Assembly: GCA_951406725.2 (NCBI GenBank)
Contig: OX597823.1
Span: 19,840,001-19,904,000, forward strand
From: Octopus vulgaris
Taxonomy: Eukaryota
Direction: 5' to 3'
Length of the DNA: 64,000 bases
Part shown: positions 1 through 13,601 of the stretch, in pieces
Numbering within the stretch: position 1 is the first letter of the stretch
How the letters are laid out: each line of letters starts with the position of its first letter
Notes under the pieces: generated by a model
The model's database searches: none
Told to the model about the DNA's origin: nothing
The model's input: only the letters and a program-made list of their open reading frames with translations
Program-made: the position numbers and the translations under genes

Positions 1-404
1 GAAATCCACAACACCATCTCTTCGGTTATCTGGCCATCTGAAAAAACGCTATGAAAATATACCGTTATATAAAGGGAAAATACTGTGTTATAATTATGCT
101 ACTTATATAAAAGAAGATTAAAATTTCATAGTCTAGTCATACGCTCACATGTGCGCTCGCGGACCCACGTGCGTACTTATACGTCACTATGAAAACGTAC
201 ACATCTTCACTCGCATTTTTCGCCAAATATATACGCATATATATACAAACTCATACACACACAAATGCGTACCGTAAAAGTTCATACATACGTCTATATA
301 CGCACAAGCACAAGAAAAACCATGGTTAAACGTAACAGAAAAAAACATAAGGAAGTATACAAAGCATAAAAACCACGTTCATATACTGACATGCCCTTAT
401 GCAC

Positions 405-1240
405 TCATACACACACGCCCATATATGTACATAGCCGCACATGTTTATATACGCATACACACACGCGCATATACGAAAAATGAATATATTGTTGTGGTTT
501 TTGTGTGTTATGTTTGATTATATTTTTAAAATTGGTAGTTGAACTAAAACTAATTTTTAAATTGTGTTTATTGAAGAGTTTCCTATAAGTATGGTTAACT
601 GGAAAATGTCTATCTATCAGTGTTAAGAAATATTTACCTATATTGAAGGTCACCTCGGTTGAGTAAGGGAGTGTAAACCAGATGATCTTCCTATTTCTAT
701 TTTTCCTCTTCTTTACTGTTGGGCTAGTAACAGGTGTATATTTGATTTTTTCGCTAAAACCACTATCTTTTAAAGCCTTATTATAAACTGGGGCAACGCT
801 ATTAAAAATGTCCTTATTGGAGGAGAGGCTAGAAATTCTCTTACTAATATTTTTAACTAAATTTTTGAATACTATAGGGGGATGGCATGAACCTACATTA
901 ATATAACTAAGTCTATCATTGGGCTTCCTATAAGGCTTATAAATATTCTTATTTAGATCTAAGGAAACGTCTAGGAAATTGACAACCGTCAGGTTAGTAT
1001 CTATTGTTATACTAAGTCCGAAGTATTTCCTTAATTGGATAATATCCTTCCTAAAACGATCCTGTGCTGGTCTATTTGTATTAGCGGTTAAAGCGAGGGC
1101 ATCATCTTTGTAGATGGCGAAATATACGTCAGGAAATGTCTTACCTAAAGTATCTAAGAGAAAAAATCCAATAAGATCGCAAATGCCTGCTCCATCATAT
1201 GACCCCATGCTCACATCGAAAGTACCCTCTGTGTCGGTAT
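405..1240 (-). mobile_element. Penelope-like element (PLE) reverse transcriptase fragment, Naiad/Neptune-like; 5' end truncated at a SINE, GIY-YIG domain apparently deleted
   Basis: Translation FDVSMGSYDGAGICDLIG...YKDDAL...VNFLDVSLDL...YKPYRKPND...SCHPP...KIIWFTLPYS matches PLE RT and thumb motifs. The frame extends upstream of the called start to ~1240. Confidence 0.88.
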
Positions 1241-1242
1241 AT

Positions 1243-1444
1243 AAGGCGACGAGCTGGCAGAAACGTTAGCACGCTGGGCGAAATGCGTAGCCGTATTTCG
1301 TCTGCCGTTACGTTCTGGGTTCAAATTCCGCTGAGGTCGACTTTGCCTTTCATCCTTTCGGGGTCGATAAATTAAGTACCAGTTACGCACTGGGTTCTGT
1401 CTTTGTTTGTCCCCTCTATGTTTAGCCCCTTGTGGGTTGTAAAG

Positions 1445-1449
<5 letters not shown>
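1243..1449 (+). mobile_element. tRNA-derived SINE, family A (Nin/Deu-domain-like body)
   Basis: Head GGCGACGAGCTGGCAGAAACGTTAG...GGTTCAAATTCC (A/B boxes), body GACTTTGCCTTTCATCCTTTCGGGGTCGATAAATTAAGTACC. More than 12 copies occur in the window. Confidence 0.85.
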
Positions 1450-1482
<33 letters not shown>

Positions 1483-2183
1483 CACACACACACACACATA
1501 ATATATAATATATAATATAATATACATTATATATAATATAATATAATATAATATAATATAATATATATATACACACACACAGATATTTACACTTACATAC
1601 ACACATATGTATATGTATACATACAGATATCCATATCAATACACTTCCCCATCGCTCCATGTTTTACATACCTTCTTACAAAGAAGCCGAGAAACTGACA
1701 GACAGATAAACCGTCATAAAATGCATCCTTCATCACGTTTGGCTGCTGGTTGAATCAGAGTATCAGGGCGGTCTACAATAATTCGACGCGCAGCACAAAA
1801 CACTTACTGTTACAACATCCACTTATAAATGCTCTACCTAGAAAACAGATACGATAGTAACTCTCGGATCCGAACAAATACAAACATAGACCGAAGCACG
1901 AAAAATAAAATGGCGGAAAATGTATGTATCTTGTATCTTGTTAATCGCTTTATCTAGGCACCCATCTATCTTACACTGGCCTCTCTGCTTTTATCTATAT
2001 ATATATAAATATATAGTCAGCCATACATGTGTATATACATACATACATACATACATACATACATACATACATACATACATACATACATACATACATACAA
2101 GTGATTATTTCAGGAATTTCAAACATTTTGTAGAGAAATGTATTTGATGGTGATTGTACACGTTGCGTATATGTGTGTGTGTT

Positions 2184-2262
<79 letters not shown>

Positions 2263-2676
2263 GTGTGTGTGTGCGTTTATACGTTTATATGTATGTGTGT
2301 GTGAATATTAAAATTATGCCTATAAGATATAAACAGCCCCCACACTTATATATATATACATACGTAAATATACATTCACGTTTAAACTCATATATATTAT
2401 ATATTTATACACACACACACTCTCTGTCTTTCTTACACACACATATATGTCTATATACATACAATCGCATACACACACACAGACACACACATATATACAC
2501 ATACATACTTTATGTTGTAGTTTTGGAATTTCAAAAACTTCATAAGGAAATGTATTTGTGATTTTTCATGTTGTGTGTGCGTGTGTATGTGTGTATGTGT
2601 ATGTGTGTATGTGTGGTTGTGCGTGTGTGCATGTATACATATTTATAATAACCTTATGGAACTATGATATATATAA

Positions 2677-3530
<854 letters not shown>

Positions 3531-4041
3531 CATACGAACATGCTTATTTTGAAATGACTTCAGCATCGTGTACCATTGATTTGAGGTTGCATGCTTGAAC
3601 TAATGGAAAGATTCTGTATTTCTGCATCTGTGATCTGCAATGATGGAGTCACAGCAATAATTTACTTGACAGAACGTCTATTGAATATCTTTCTAGAGAA
3701 GAAAATGATGACAGCAAAGATTAAGCTTTGTAGAGTAATTTTTTCTGAACTTTAAAACCTTATTTGTTATCCATCCATCCATCAATCAATCCATCCATCC
3801 ATCCATCCATCCATCCATTCATCCATCCATACACGCGCATATTATATACATCCTACGTCTACGCATTTGTTATTCTTTCATAATATGTGTGGATATAGAC
3901 ATGTAAAACATGTCGCTTAAAAACAACAAGAGCACATATAAATCAGACATACACGAAAAATAAACGTGCTTAAAATACAGGCATAAACACGTGTAAACGT
4001 CGCATATGTATGTATATAAATATGCAATATATACGCCCAAG

Positions 4042-4087
<46 letters not shown>

Positions 4088-4588
4088 TTTTTATGCTTGT
4101 ATGTATTTTTGTAATTATGTATGCACACACATACACACTCACTCATTCCTTCACACACACGCATGCACACACACACACACACATCCGCGCACACGCTCAT
4201 GTATATTTATGTAGTATATTATATTTATGTACGTACGTACGTTTGTATTTGATAATAACAACTGTGCTCCCATTTGAAGATCGTCAAAAAGGTTTTTTTT
4301 TTTAACGTTTCCAAATTAGTTCAGTATGTTCTCCGTGGAACAATACATTTTCTATGTCCATGCCCACTGCAAGGCTTTCTCCATCTTATCTCCTTGACTT
4401 AAATGCTTTGCAGCAGTTGTTTTGGCGACAAAAGTACATAACACACCAATATATTCAAACCTGATGACGGTAACACACGTCAACCTGTAATAACAAAATA
4501 TAAACTTGTACGAGTTTGAATGGTATGAATTAAGTTCTAGATTGCTGCTACGTTTTCAGAAAATTACTTCTTTATTAAACTGGATTTG

Positions 4589-4800
4589 TTATTATATTTA
4601 TAATATAAAATTCTTGTGAGGTGTTTTAGGAAAATTATCTTATTTTAAATATTTATCAAGAAAATATACATTGTATGTATATATTAAAATATTAAATTGT
4701 ATTTATTATTATATTTATAATATGAAATTCTTGTAATGTGTTTTAAGAAAATTATCTTATTTTAAATATTTATAATTATATTAAAAATAGTAAATTATCT
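4589..4800. repeat. AT-rich tandem duplication, period about 118 bp
   Basis: TTATTATATTTATAATATRAAATTCTTGT...GAAAATTATCTTATTTTAAATATTTAT occurs twice. Confidence 0.75.
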
Positions 4801-4845
4801 TAAATCACATTTGTCATTATATTTTGACTACTATCATATTTTAAA

Positions 4846-4875
4846 CTAGCTGAATAGCCCGTCGTTGCTGAGCAA
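4846..4875 (-). mobile_element. Helitron-like 3' terminus (degenerate; extent unknown)
   Basis: A-CTAG-CTGAATAGCCCGTCGTTGCTGAGC resembles the CTAG plus hairpin end seen at 58499. Confidence 0.45.
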
Positions 4876-5417
4876 TTTTTACAATAGAATGTCTCATATA
4901 CATTTTTGTTTATTCCATGCCAGACCATTCCTTCCCTGACAGGACCTCTTGATCAGGACAAATTTGTGCAATTTTTCGCAAAAAACCCCCAACTTCGTTG
5001 AGGATTTCCCCCTTTTCAATTATTTCGACCGATTTATATGACTTTATTTATTAAAACTTATTAAAACTTCAGAAGTTCTGACGACTTCGCTCGTTGTAAT
5101 GCTTTGCTTTTGTTTGTTAAATAAAAATCTCTCCTCGTAATGATTTTGCCTTCAGTTTGTGATAGACAGCTATCATGCAGAAAATGCCAGCTTCCAAATC
5201 CTGTTTTCTGATTACGTAAAATTGATTAAACTTTAAACCTCAGTAACATATTTCTGCAATTTTTCTAGAACAAATAAATAACAAAATCGGATTTAACATG
5301 GAAAAATATTTTAATATACCAGATTTGAAAATTTTGACGTAATTTTAAAATTTCACAATATGTGACAGCAACAGGGATGACCCTACAAAAGTAGAAAGAC
5401 AAAGAGTGATAGCACGT

Positions 5418-5466
<49 letters not shown>

Positions 5467-5625
5467 GCACACACACACACATACACACACATGTACACAT
5501 TTAAAAACGTATACACAGGTAATCACGAGTTTAAAATGGTGTACAGTAGTCATGTATGTATGCACGTATATATTTAAGTATGTATGTATGTGTATATGTG
5601 TGTATATATATGTATGTATGTATGT

Positions 5626-6070
5626 ATAACAGCCCTTCTTGTCTTGTTATTCTCCTTGTCCTGTCTTTTACTGTTTATATTTTGTACTGTCGTTACTGTC
5701 CTGTTTTTGTTACCATTTTTACCCCTCTGCGAAAAGAGCTCAAATTTTATTTGATTTGCTTTTCGCAGGAAGGAAAGTTTCTATCGAAGATGCGTATCGC
5801 CTTCACCTTCGAAACGCAGAGTAGATGAAACCATGGCGACTGAAGAAGGGGAATTTTCCTTGTGTTATTTGTCCTGCACTCTATTTTTTTGTTGTTTAAG
5901 AAAAATGTCCAGTTCCTTGTTTCTGTTTCTCATTGTGTTCGACGTTTTTTTGGTGTCCTGTACCCATATACATGTGTATATATACATGTAGAAATAGGTA
6001 CGTACATATATGTATATATATATGCATATGTTTTATTTATTAATATATGTATGTATGTATGTATCTGTGT
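5626..6070 (+). mobile_element. Non-coding dispersed repeat, homologous to 16002-16950 (probable PLE-derived non-autonomous element)
   Basis: Aligns by eye to the reverse complement of 16120-16540, e.g. ACTGAAGAAGGGGAATWTTCCTTGTG. Confidence 0.6.
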
Positions 6071-6442
6071 TTCTTTGCTATTGACAGTAGAAAAGTCACC
6101 TATCCCTCTCTCCTTAATGCTACGTATTACTTACACCCACCTTTCTTTCCCTTTGTCAGCATTTTAAAAGTTACTTATGTATGTGTGTGTGTATTGTGCG
6201 TGTGTATGTATTATCTAGGTATTTATAAATACGAAAGTATTTATGCGGCTTCGTGTTTATATCCCTGAATAACAGCTGTATTAACGCTATTATACCACTG
6301 CCACTCCATATTTGTCGCTTACACAACGCTGTTCTCCCCTTCTCTGATATGAGCCACACACACTATCCCACCACATTTACCTCACATTAACACCCTTGCA
6401 CCTTTCTTAATTTATCAAATAATATCCTTGTTGCTTATTTTG

Positions 6443-6503
<61 letters not shown>

Positions 6504-6511
<8 letters not shown>

Positions 6512-6574
6512 AATATGTTACATTACTCAATAGTCAAGATATGACTATCGAGTAATGTAACATATTATTGTATA
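6504..6574. repeat. Near-perfect hairpin (about 33-bp stem, 5-nt loop)
   Basis: TATACAATAATATGTTACATTACTCAATAGTCA-AGATA-TGACTATCGAGTAATGTAACATATTATTGTATA. Confidence 0.9.
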
Positions 6575-6640
6575 GATAAATTTCCTCTATTTACATAATA
6601 TTGAGGTCTCTTTCTTTCTTTTGTTATCTTACCGGTTTTA

Positions 6641-6690
<50 letters not shown>

Positions 6691-6857
6691 AAATTTACAC
6701 AAAACAGAAGACGAAGACAGGTGTAGGAACAACAAGCAGGTGTATTAGTGAAACGCTCGGGAAGAATGTGATAGACTTTTCGAGCTTACGCTCTTCGACA
6801 GAAAGTATTAAGAGGAAAAAAAACGGAGAGAGAATGAAAAAAAGAAAAAAATACGGA

Positions 6858-7112
6858 GAAAAGAGATGACAAAGGAATGACCAATTATCTTATGAAGTTC
6901 ATTAGATTACAGCGGTTTCCATCATAAGATGCAGCTGGCTCATAGTTGAGAGCTCGAGTAACACCTTACAATTTCGTCTCTTGTACGCTCTGAGGAAGCG
7001 GTAAGTTGTAACGCTGGCTCTCAACTATGAGTTCACCGCATCCCATAGTGGAAACAACTGTAAGCTAATGAAGTTAATAAGATAATCGGTTCCTCTTATG
7101 TCATCTCTTGTC
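6858..7112. mobile_element. Degenerate MITE-like inverted repeat (arms about 95 bp)
   Basis: AAGAGATGACA...CTCATAGTTGAGAGC pairs with GCTCTCAACTATGAG...TGTCATCTCTT. Confidence 0.6.
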
Positions 7113-7254
7113 TTATTACAGCTCTGTTCCCGACCAATGCTTCGTTCAGAAGCATACGTATATTGAATACTACACCAGGTTATTAGTATTGCAATGTCTT
7201 AACGAATATGCACACGCACATACACACACATCCGCACGCACACACACACCTATT

Positions 7255-7826
7255 CTTTTCTAATCTAGGCACAAGGCCTGCTATTTTGAGGGTGGTGGTA
7301 GTCGATTAGATCGACCCCAGTACGCAAATGGTACTTAATTTATCGACTATGAAAGGCAAACTCGACCTTGGCTGAATTTGAACTCAGGACGTAAAGACAG
7401 ACGACGAAATACCTATTTCTTTACTACTCACAAGGGGCTAAACACAGAGAGAACAAACAAGGACAGACATACAGATTAAGTCGATTATATCGACCCCAGT
7501 GCGTAACTGGTACTTATTTAATCGACCCAGAAAGGATGAAAGGCAAAGTCGACCTCGGCGGAATTTGAACTCAGAACGTAGCGGCAGACGAAATACCTAT
7601 TTCTTTACTACCTACAAGGGGCTAAACACAGACAGAACAAACAAGGACAGACAGACGGATTAAGTCGATTACATCGACCCCAGTGTGTAACTAGTACTTA
7701 ATTTATCGACCCTGAAAGGATGAAAGGCAAAGTCAACCACGGCGGAATTTGAACTCAGAACGTAGCGGCAAACGAAATACCGTTAAGCATTTCGTCCGGC
7801 GTGCTAACGTTTCTGCCAGCTCGCCG
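7255..7826 (-). mobile_element. SINE family A, head plus tandemly reiterated body
   Basis: Three consecutive copies of the ATCGACCCC...GATGAAAGGCAAAGTCGACC...GAACTCAG body; head ends at CTCGCCG 7826. Confidence 0.85.
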
Positions 7827-8318
7827 CTCCCCTCCTCCCTCTCTCTCTCTTTCTCTCACACACACACACCTATTAAAATGTCATTGGTCGTAAATAGTCA
7901 AATTCTCCCAATTTGCCGTTCATTTTGTGTATTTTTGTCTCACATCATCTCCGCTACAGCATCTAATTTCCATCCATTCCGTAATCGGAAGGATTCTTTA
8001 TTTTGTAAACGTTGTGTACCAGAAACAGCATGGAAGCCGTAGAGACGTCTAGACAACAAATTAAGATGTTTGCTTAAGCAATTCTATCCGTTCTCTTCGA
8101 GAGCCAGTAAAGAGAGACGAAGTCCTGTTGTTGAGTTTCATTCCCTAGGGGGCGCTAATGCTGTAACCTTCACTGGAGAGAAAGAAGAAGAAAAAACAAA
8201 CAAACAAATACTTAAAACACCGATAAAAATAGAGAAAAACGAACCAATGAGAAGCAAAACCGGTCACGCCTAACGTTTTTCTTTCTTTGTTTTATTGCGG
8301 GCTTCCATTTGCAGGTGT

Positions 8319-8539
8319 GTATGTATGTATGTATGTATGTATGTATGTATGTATGTATGTATGTATGTATGTATGTATGTATGTATGTATGTATGTATGT
8401 ATGTATGTATGTATGTAGGTAGGTATGTATGTATGTATGTATGTATGTATGTATGTATGTATGTATGGGTGTGTCTATGTATGTATGCGTGTATGTGTGT
8501 ATGTATGTATGTAGGTACGTATGTATGTATGTATGTATG

Positions 8540-8572
<33 letters not shown>

Positions 8573-8953
8573 GTATGTATGTATGTACGTATGTATGTAT
8601 GTTTGTGTGTATGTATGTATGTATGTATGTATGTATGTATGTATGTGTGTATGTATGTATGTATGTATGTATGTATGTATGTATGTATGTATGTATGTAT
8701 GTATGTATGTATGTATGTATGTATGTATGTATGTATGTATGTATGTATGTATGTATGTATGTATGTATGTATGTATGTATGTATGTATGTATGTATGTAT
8801 GTATGTATGTATGTATGTATGTATGTATGTATGTATGTATGTATGTAGGTATGTATGTATGTATGTATGTATGGGTGTGTCTATGTATGTATGCGTGTAT
8901 GTGTGTATGTATGTATGTATGTATGTATGTATGTATGTATGTATGTATGTATG

Positions 8954-8986
<33 letters not shown>

Positions 8987-9630
8987 GTATGTATGTATGT
9001 ATGTATGTATGTATGTATGTATGTATGTATGTATGTATGTATGTATGTATGTATGTATGTATGTATGTATGTATGTATGTATGTATGTATGTATGTATGT
9101 ATGTATGTATGTATGTATGTATGTATGTATGTATGTATGTAGGTATGTATGTATGTATGTATGTATGTATGTATGTATGTATGTATGTGTGTATGTATGT
9201 ATGTATGTATGTATGTATGTATGTATGTATGTATGTATGTATGTATGTATGTATGTGTATGTATGTATGTATGTATGTATGTATGTATGTATGTATGTAT
9301 GTATGTGTGTGTGTATGTATGTATGTATGTATGTATGTATGTATGTATGTATGTATGTATGTATGTATGTGTATGTATGTATGTATGTATGTATGTATGT
9401 ATGTATGTATGTATGTGTGTGTATGTATGTATGTATGTATGTATGTATGTATGTATGTATGTATGTATGTATGTATGTATGTATGTATGTATGTATGTAT
9501 GTATGTATGTATGTATGTATGGTATGTATGTATGTATGTATGTATGTATGTATGTATGTATGTAGGTATGTATGTATGTATGTATGTATGTATGTATGTA
9601 TGTATGTATGTATGTATGTATGTATGTATG

Positions 9631-9662
<32 letters not shown>

Positions 9663-11735
9663 TGTATGTATGTATGTATGTATGTATGTGTGTGTGTATG
9701 TATGTATGTATGTATGTATGGGTGTATGTATGTATGTATGTATGTATGTATGTGTGTGTGTATGTATGCATGTATGTATGTATGTATGTATGTATGTATG
9801 TATGTATGTATGTATGTATGTATGTATGTAGGTAGGTATGTATGCATGCATGTATGTATGTATGTATGTATGTATGTATGTATGGGTGTGTGTATGTATG
9901 TATGTATGTATGTATGTATGTATGTATGGGTGTGTGTATGTATGTATGTATGTATGTATGTATGTATGTATGTATGTATGTATGTATGTATGTATGTATG
10001 TATGTATGTATGTATGTATGTATGTATGTATGTATGTATGTATGTATGTATGTATGTATGTATGTATGTATGTATGTATGTATGTATGTATGTATGTATG
10101 TATGTATGTATGTATGTATGTATGTATGTATGTATGTATGTATGTATGTATGTATGTATGTATGTATGTATGTATGTATGTATGTATGTATGTATGTATG
10201 TATGTATGTATGTATGTATGTATGTATGTATGTATGTATGTATGTATGTATGTATGTATGTATGTATGTATGTATGTATGTATGTATGTATGTATGTATG
10301 TATGTATGTATGTATGTATGTATGTATGTATGTATGTATGTATGTATGTATGTATGTATGTATGTATGTATGTATGTATGTATGTATGTATGTATGTATG
10401 TATGTATGTGTGTATGTATGTATGTATGTATGTATGTATGTATGTATGTAGGTATGTATGTATGTATGTATGTATGTAGGTATGCATGTATGTATGTATG
10501 TGTGTGTGTATGTATGTATGTATGTAGGTATGCATGTATGTATGTATGTATGTATGTATGTATGTATGTGTGTGTGTGTATGTGTGTATGTATGTATGTA
10601 TGTATGTATGTATGTGTGTTCATGTATGTATGTATGTATGTATGTATGTATGTGTGTGTGTTCATGTATGTATGTATGTATGTATGTATGTATGTATGTA
10701 TGTATGTATGTATGTATGTATGTATGTATGTATGTATGTATGTGTGTATGTATGTGTGCATGTATGTATGTATGTGTGTGTGTATGTGTATGTATGTATG
10801 TGTGTATATGTATGTATTTATATATGTATGTATGTACGTATCTATGTGTGTGTATGCATGCATGCATGCATATATGTATATACGTATGTATGTTTCTCTC
10901 TGTGTGTATCCATGTATGTATGTGTGTGTGTGTGCGTGTATGTATGTATGTATGTATGTATGTATGTATGTATGTATGTATGTATGTATGTGTGTTTGCG
11001 TGTATGTGTGTTTGCATGTATGTATGTATGTGTGTCTATGTATGTATGTATATATGTGTGCATGTATGTATGTATATGTGTCTGTGCATGTATGTATGCG
11101 TGTATGTATGTATGTATGTATGTATGTATGCGTGTATGTATTTGCATGTATGTATGCATGTGTGTGTGTATAAGTATGTATGTATGTGTGAGTATGTATG
11201 TATGTACGCATGTATGTATGTATGTATGTATGTATGTATGTATGTATGTATGTATGTATGTATGTATGTATGTGTATGTATGTGTATGTGTGTGTATGTA
11301 TGTATGTATGTATGTATGTATGTATGTATGTGTGTGTGTGTATGTATGTATATGAGTGGATGTCTACAAGTATGTAAGTACGTATGTGTATGTGTGTGTA
11401 TGTATGCATGCATGCATATATGTATATACGTATGTATGTTTCTCTCTGTGTGTATGCATGTATGTATGTGTATGCGTGTATGCATGTATGTATGCATGCA
11501 TGTACGCATGTATGTGTGTGTATGCATGTATGTATGTGTATGCGTGTATGCATGTATGTATGCATGCATGTACGAATGAATGTATGTGTGCGTGCGTATG
11601 TATGCATGTATGTGTGTGTGTGTATGTATGTATGTGCATATGTAGTATGTATGTGTTTGTGTGTGCGTGCGTACGTACGTACGTACGTATGTATGTATGT
11701 ATGTATGTATTTATGTGTGTGTACGTATATATGTA
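8319..11735. repeat. Very long (ATGT)n tetranucleotide array, about 3.4 kb, degenerating into mixed RY repeats
   Basis: Direct inspection; it generates all the YIHT/MYVC pseudo-ORFs. Confidence 0.98.
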
Positions 11736-11883
11736 AGCATGTTTTATATTTCTTTTACTTGTTTCATCCGTTGGACTGCAGGCCATGCTGGAGCACCGCC
11801 TTTAGTCGAACAAATCGATATCAAGTCTTATTCAAGGTGTATCGTTTAGCTAGTTTTGATCAAATTGTTATCTCGGTTCTATT

Positions 11884-11940
11884 TTAACAAAGCTGTCCGA
11901 CGAACTGGAACGTGAAACTCCGAGTAACAGCTTTTGTTAA
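11884..11940 (+). ncRNA. Type I hammerhead-like motif with CCGACGA core
   Basis: TTAACAAAGCTGT-CCGACGA-AC(TGGAAC)GT-GAAA-CTC(C)GAG-TA-ACAGCTTTTGTTAA: stem I about 13 bp, stems II and III form, GUA triplet. Confidence 0.6.
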
Positions 11941-12208
11941 ATTTCTGCTGCTTTTAAATAAAGCATATTACTCTACCTCTGGTATTTGAGTACTTTTTTT
12001 TCCTCCTTGTTTCACATTTATGTGCTTACTCCGGTATATATATATATCGTAATAGAAAGGGAAGAATTTCGATTACCCCACGTGGTGAGTTGTAATATAT
12101 ATAAGAAATTAAAGAAAGAAAATGCACGTAGTTTTAATAAAATTTTGAATATATCTTATATTGTGTTTGTTGGCTGTTTTCGCTTACGCTATTCATGACA
12201 TTTTATAT

Positions 12209-12487
<279 letters not shown>

Positions 12488-12740
12488 ACAACCAGGCTCT
12501 CTATAGTGCCGGGTATAACCAGAGAATATCATATGTAGACCACCCGGGAACGTCCGTCGGCCATAAGACTCCCAATTATAATCGAACTCAGCACTCAACT
12601 CACACTAGCGATAATTCTAATTTAAACTCCAAACAACGTATAAGAAATAGGCGAACTAATAGAACAGCACAGACAGTAACCCTCCCGACGAGAACAATAT
12701 AGATCCTATTAGGAGAAATAGAAGGGATAATAGTAGATTA

Positions 12741-13601
12741 CGCAAATATATATGGTTCAACATACCTTTCAACTTAGCAGTTAGGGGTAAGTTATGTAAG
12801 AGAATATTCTCTATAATTTCCAACAACTTCCCACCCACCCACAAGTATAGAAGTATCTTCCCCAACAAAACTATTAGGATTTCCTACTCTGCCCTGCCCA
12901 ACATGAGCTGCCTCATAGCTAAACATAACTATATTAATATTAGAACAGCTAGATCAAGAACAAACCATAGCGACCAACAGAACCCCCCTCATCTAGACAG
13001 TAGACAATATAACCAGACTGACAGCCATACTACCCAAACAGTTAGTAATAACACCCGCCAACACAACAGAGGAAATACTACACCCATCAACAACCAGGAG
13101 GATACCAACGCCCCCACTCGTATTGCAACACCTCCGCCTGGGATTAGCAGCACACGACCGAATAATGCAATGCAATGCAACTGCAGATGTGCATCAGAGT
13201 GTCCGCTGCAGGGCGCATGTAGGGCGAAAAACGTAATATACTCATGTGAGGTGAGTACTCAGTTTAACACACTCACCTATATTGGTTGCTCAACCTCCTG
13301 GAAATCCAGATACTACAACCACCGGTCCTCGCTGAGACACACACATAAGGCTAACAGCACCTCCCTCTCTAAAAGAATTTGGGAATTAAAAGACAAATGC
13401 ATAGGCTTCAAACTCAGATGGTCCATCATCGGATCACCTGCACCTTATTTAAATAATAGAGCAGGATGCCAACTATGCTGTGTAGAACTCCTGAACATCT
13501 TGAAATTCAAAGACAAACACAATCTTATTAACAAAAGGTCAGAGTTCAAACCATCCTGTATACATAAACTTATTAATACTTTCAAATACTACAATGCTTA
13601 G
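12741..13601 (+). CDS. PLE C-terminal region with GIY-YIG endonuclease (open frame, 5' truncated)
   Basis: CNCRCASECPLQGAC, NVIY...TYIG, WKSRYYNH, SLSKRIW, CQLCCVE, LINKRSE, CIH: the GIY-YIG catalytic R/E/N layout with Cys/His motifs typical of PLEs. Confidence 0.88.
   Translation, partial: RKYIWFNIPFNLAVRGKLCKRIFSIISNNFPPTHKYRSIFPNKTIRISYSALPNMSCLIAKHNYINIRTARSRTNHSDQQNPPHLDSRQYNQTDSHTTQTVSNNTRQHNRGNTTPINNQEDTNAPTRIATPPPGISSTRPNNAMQCNCRCASECPLQGACRAKNVIYSCEVSTQFNTLTYIGCSTSWKSRYYNHRSSLRHTHKANSTSLSKRIWELKDKCIGFKLRWSIIGSPAPYLNNRAGCQLCCVELLNILKFKDKHNLINKRSEFKPSCIHKLINTFKYYNA

Noticed and set aside
1-45. Hammerhead 5' half (CCGAAGA on the minus strand) at the end of the first PLE
   Set aside because: The rest would lie outside the window and cannot be verified
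8270-11887. Long ORFs up to 915 aa (YIHT/MYVC repeats)
   Set aside because: Translations of the (ATGT)n microsatellite, which lacks stops in most frames
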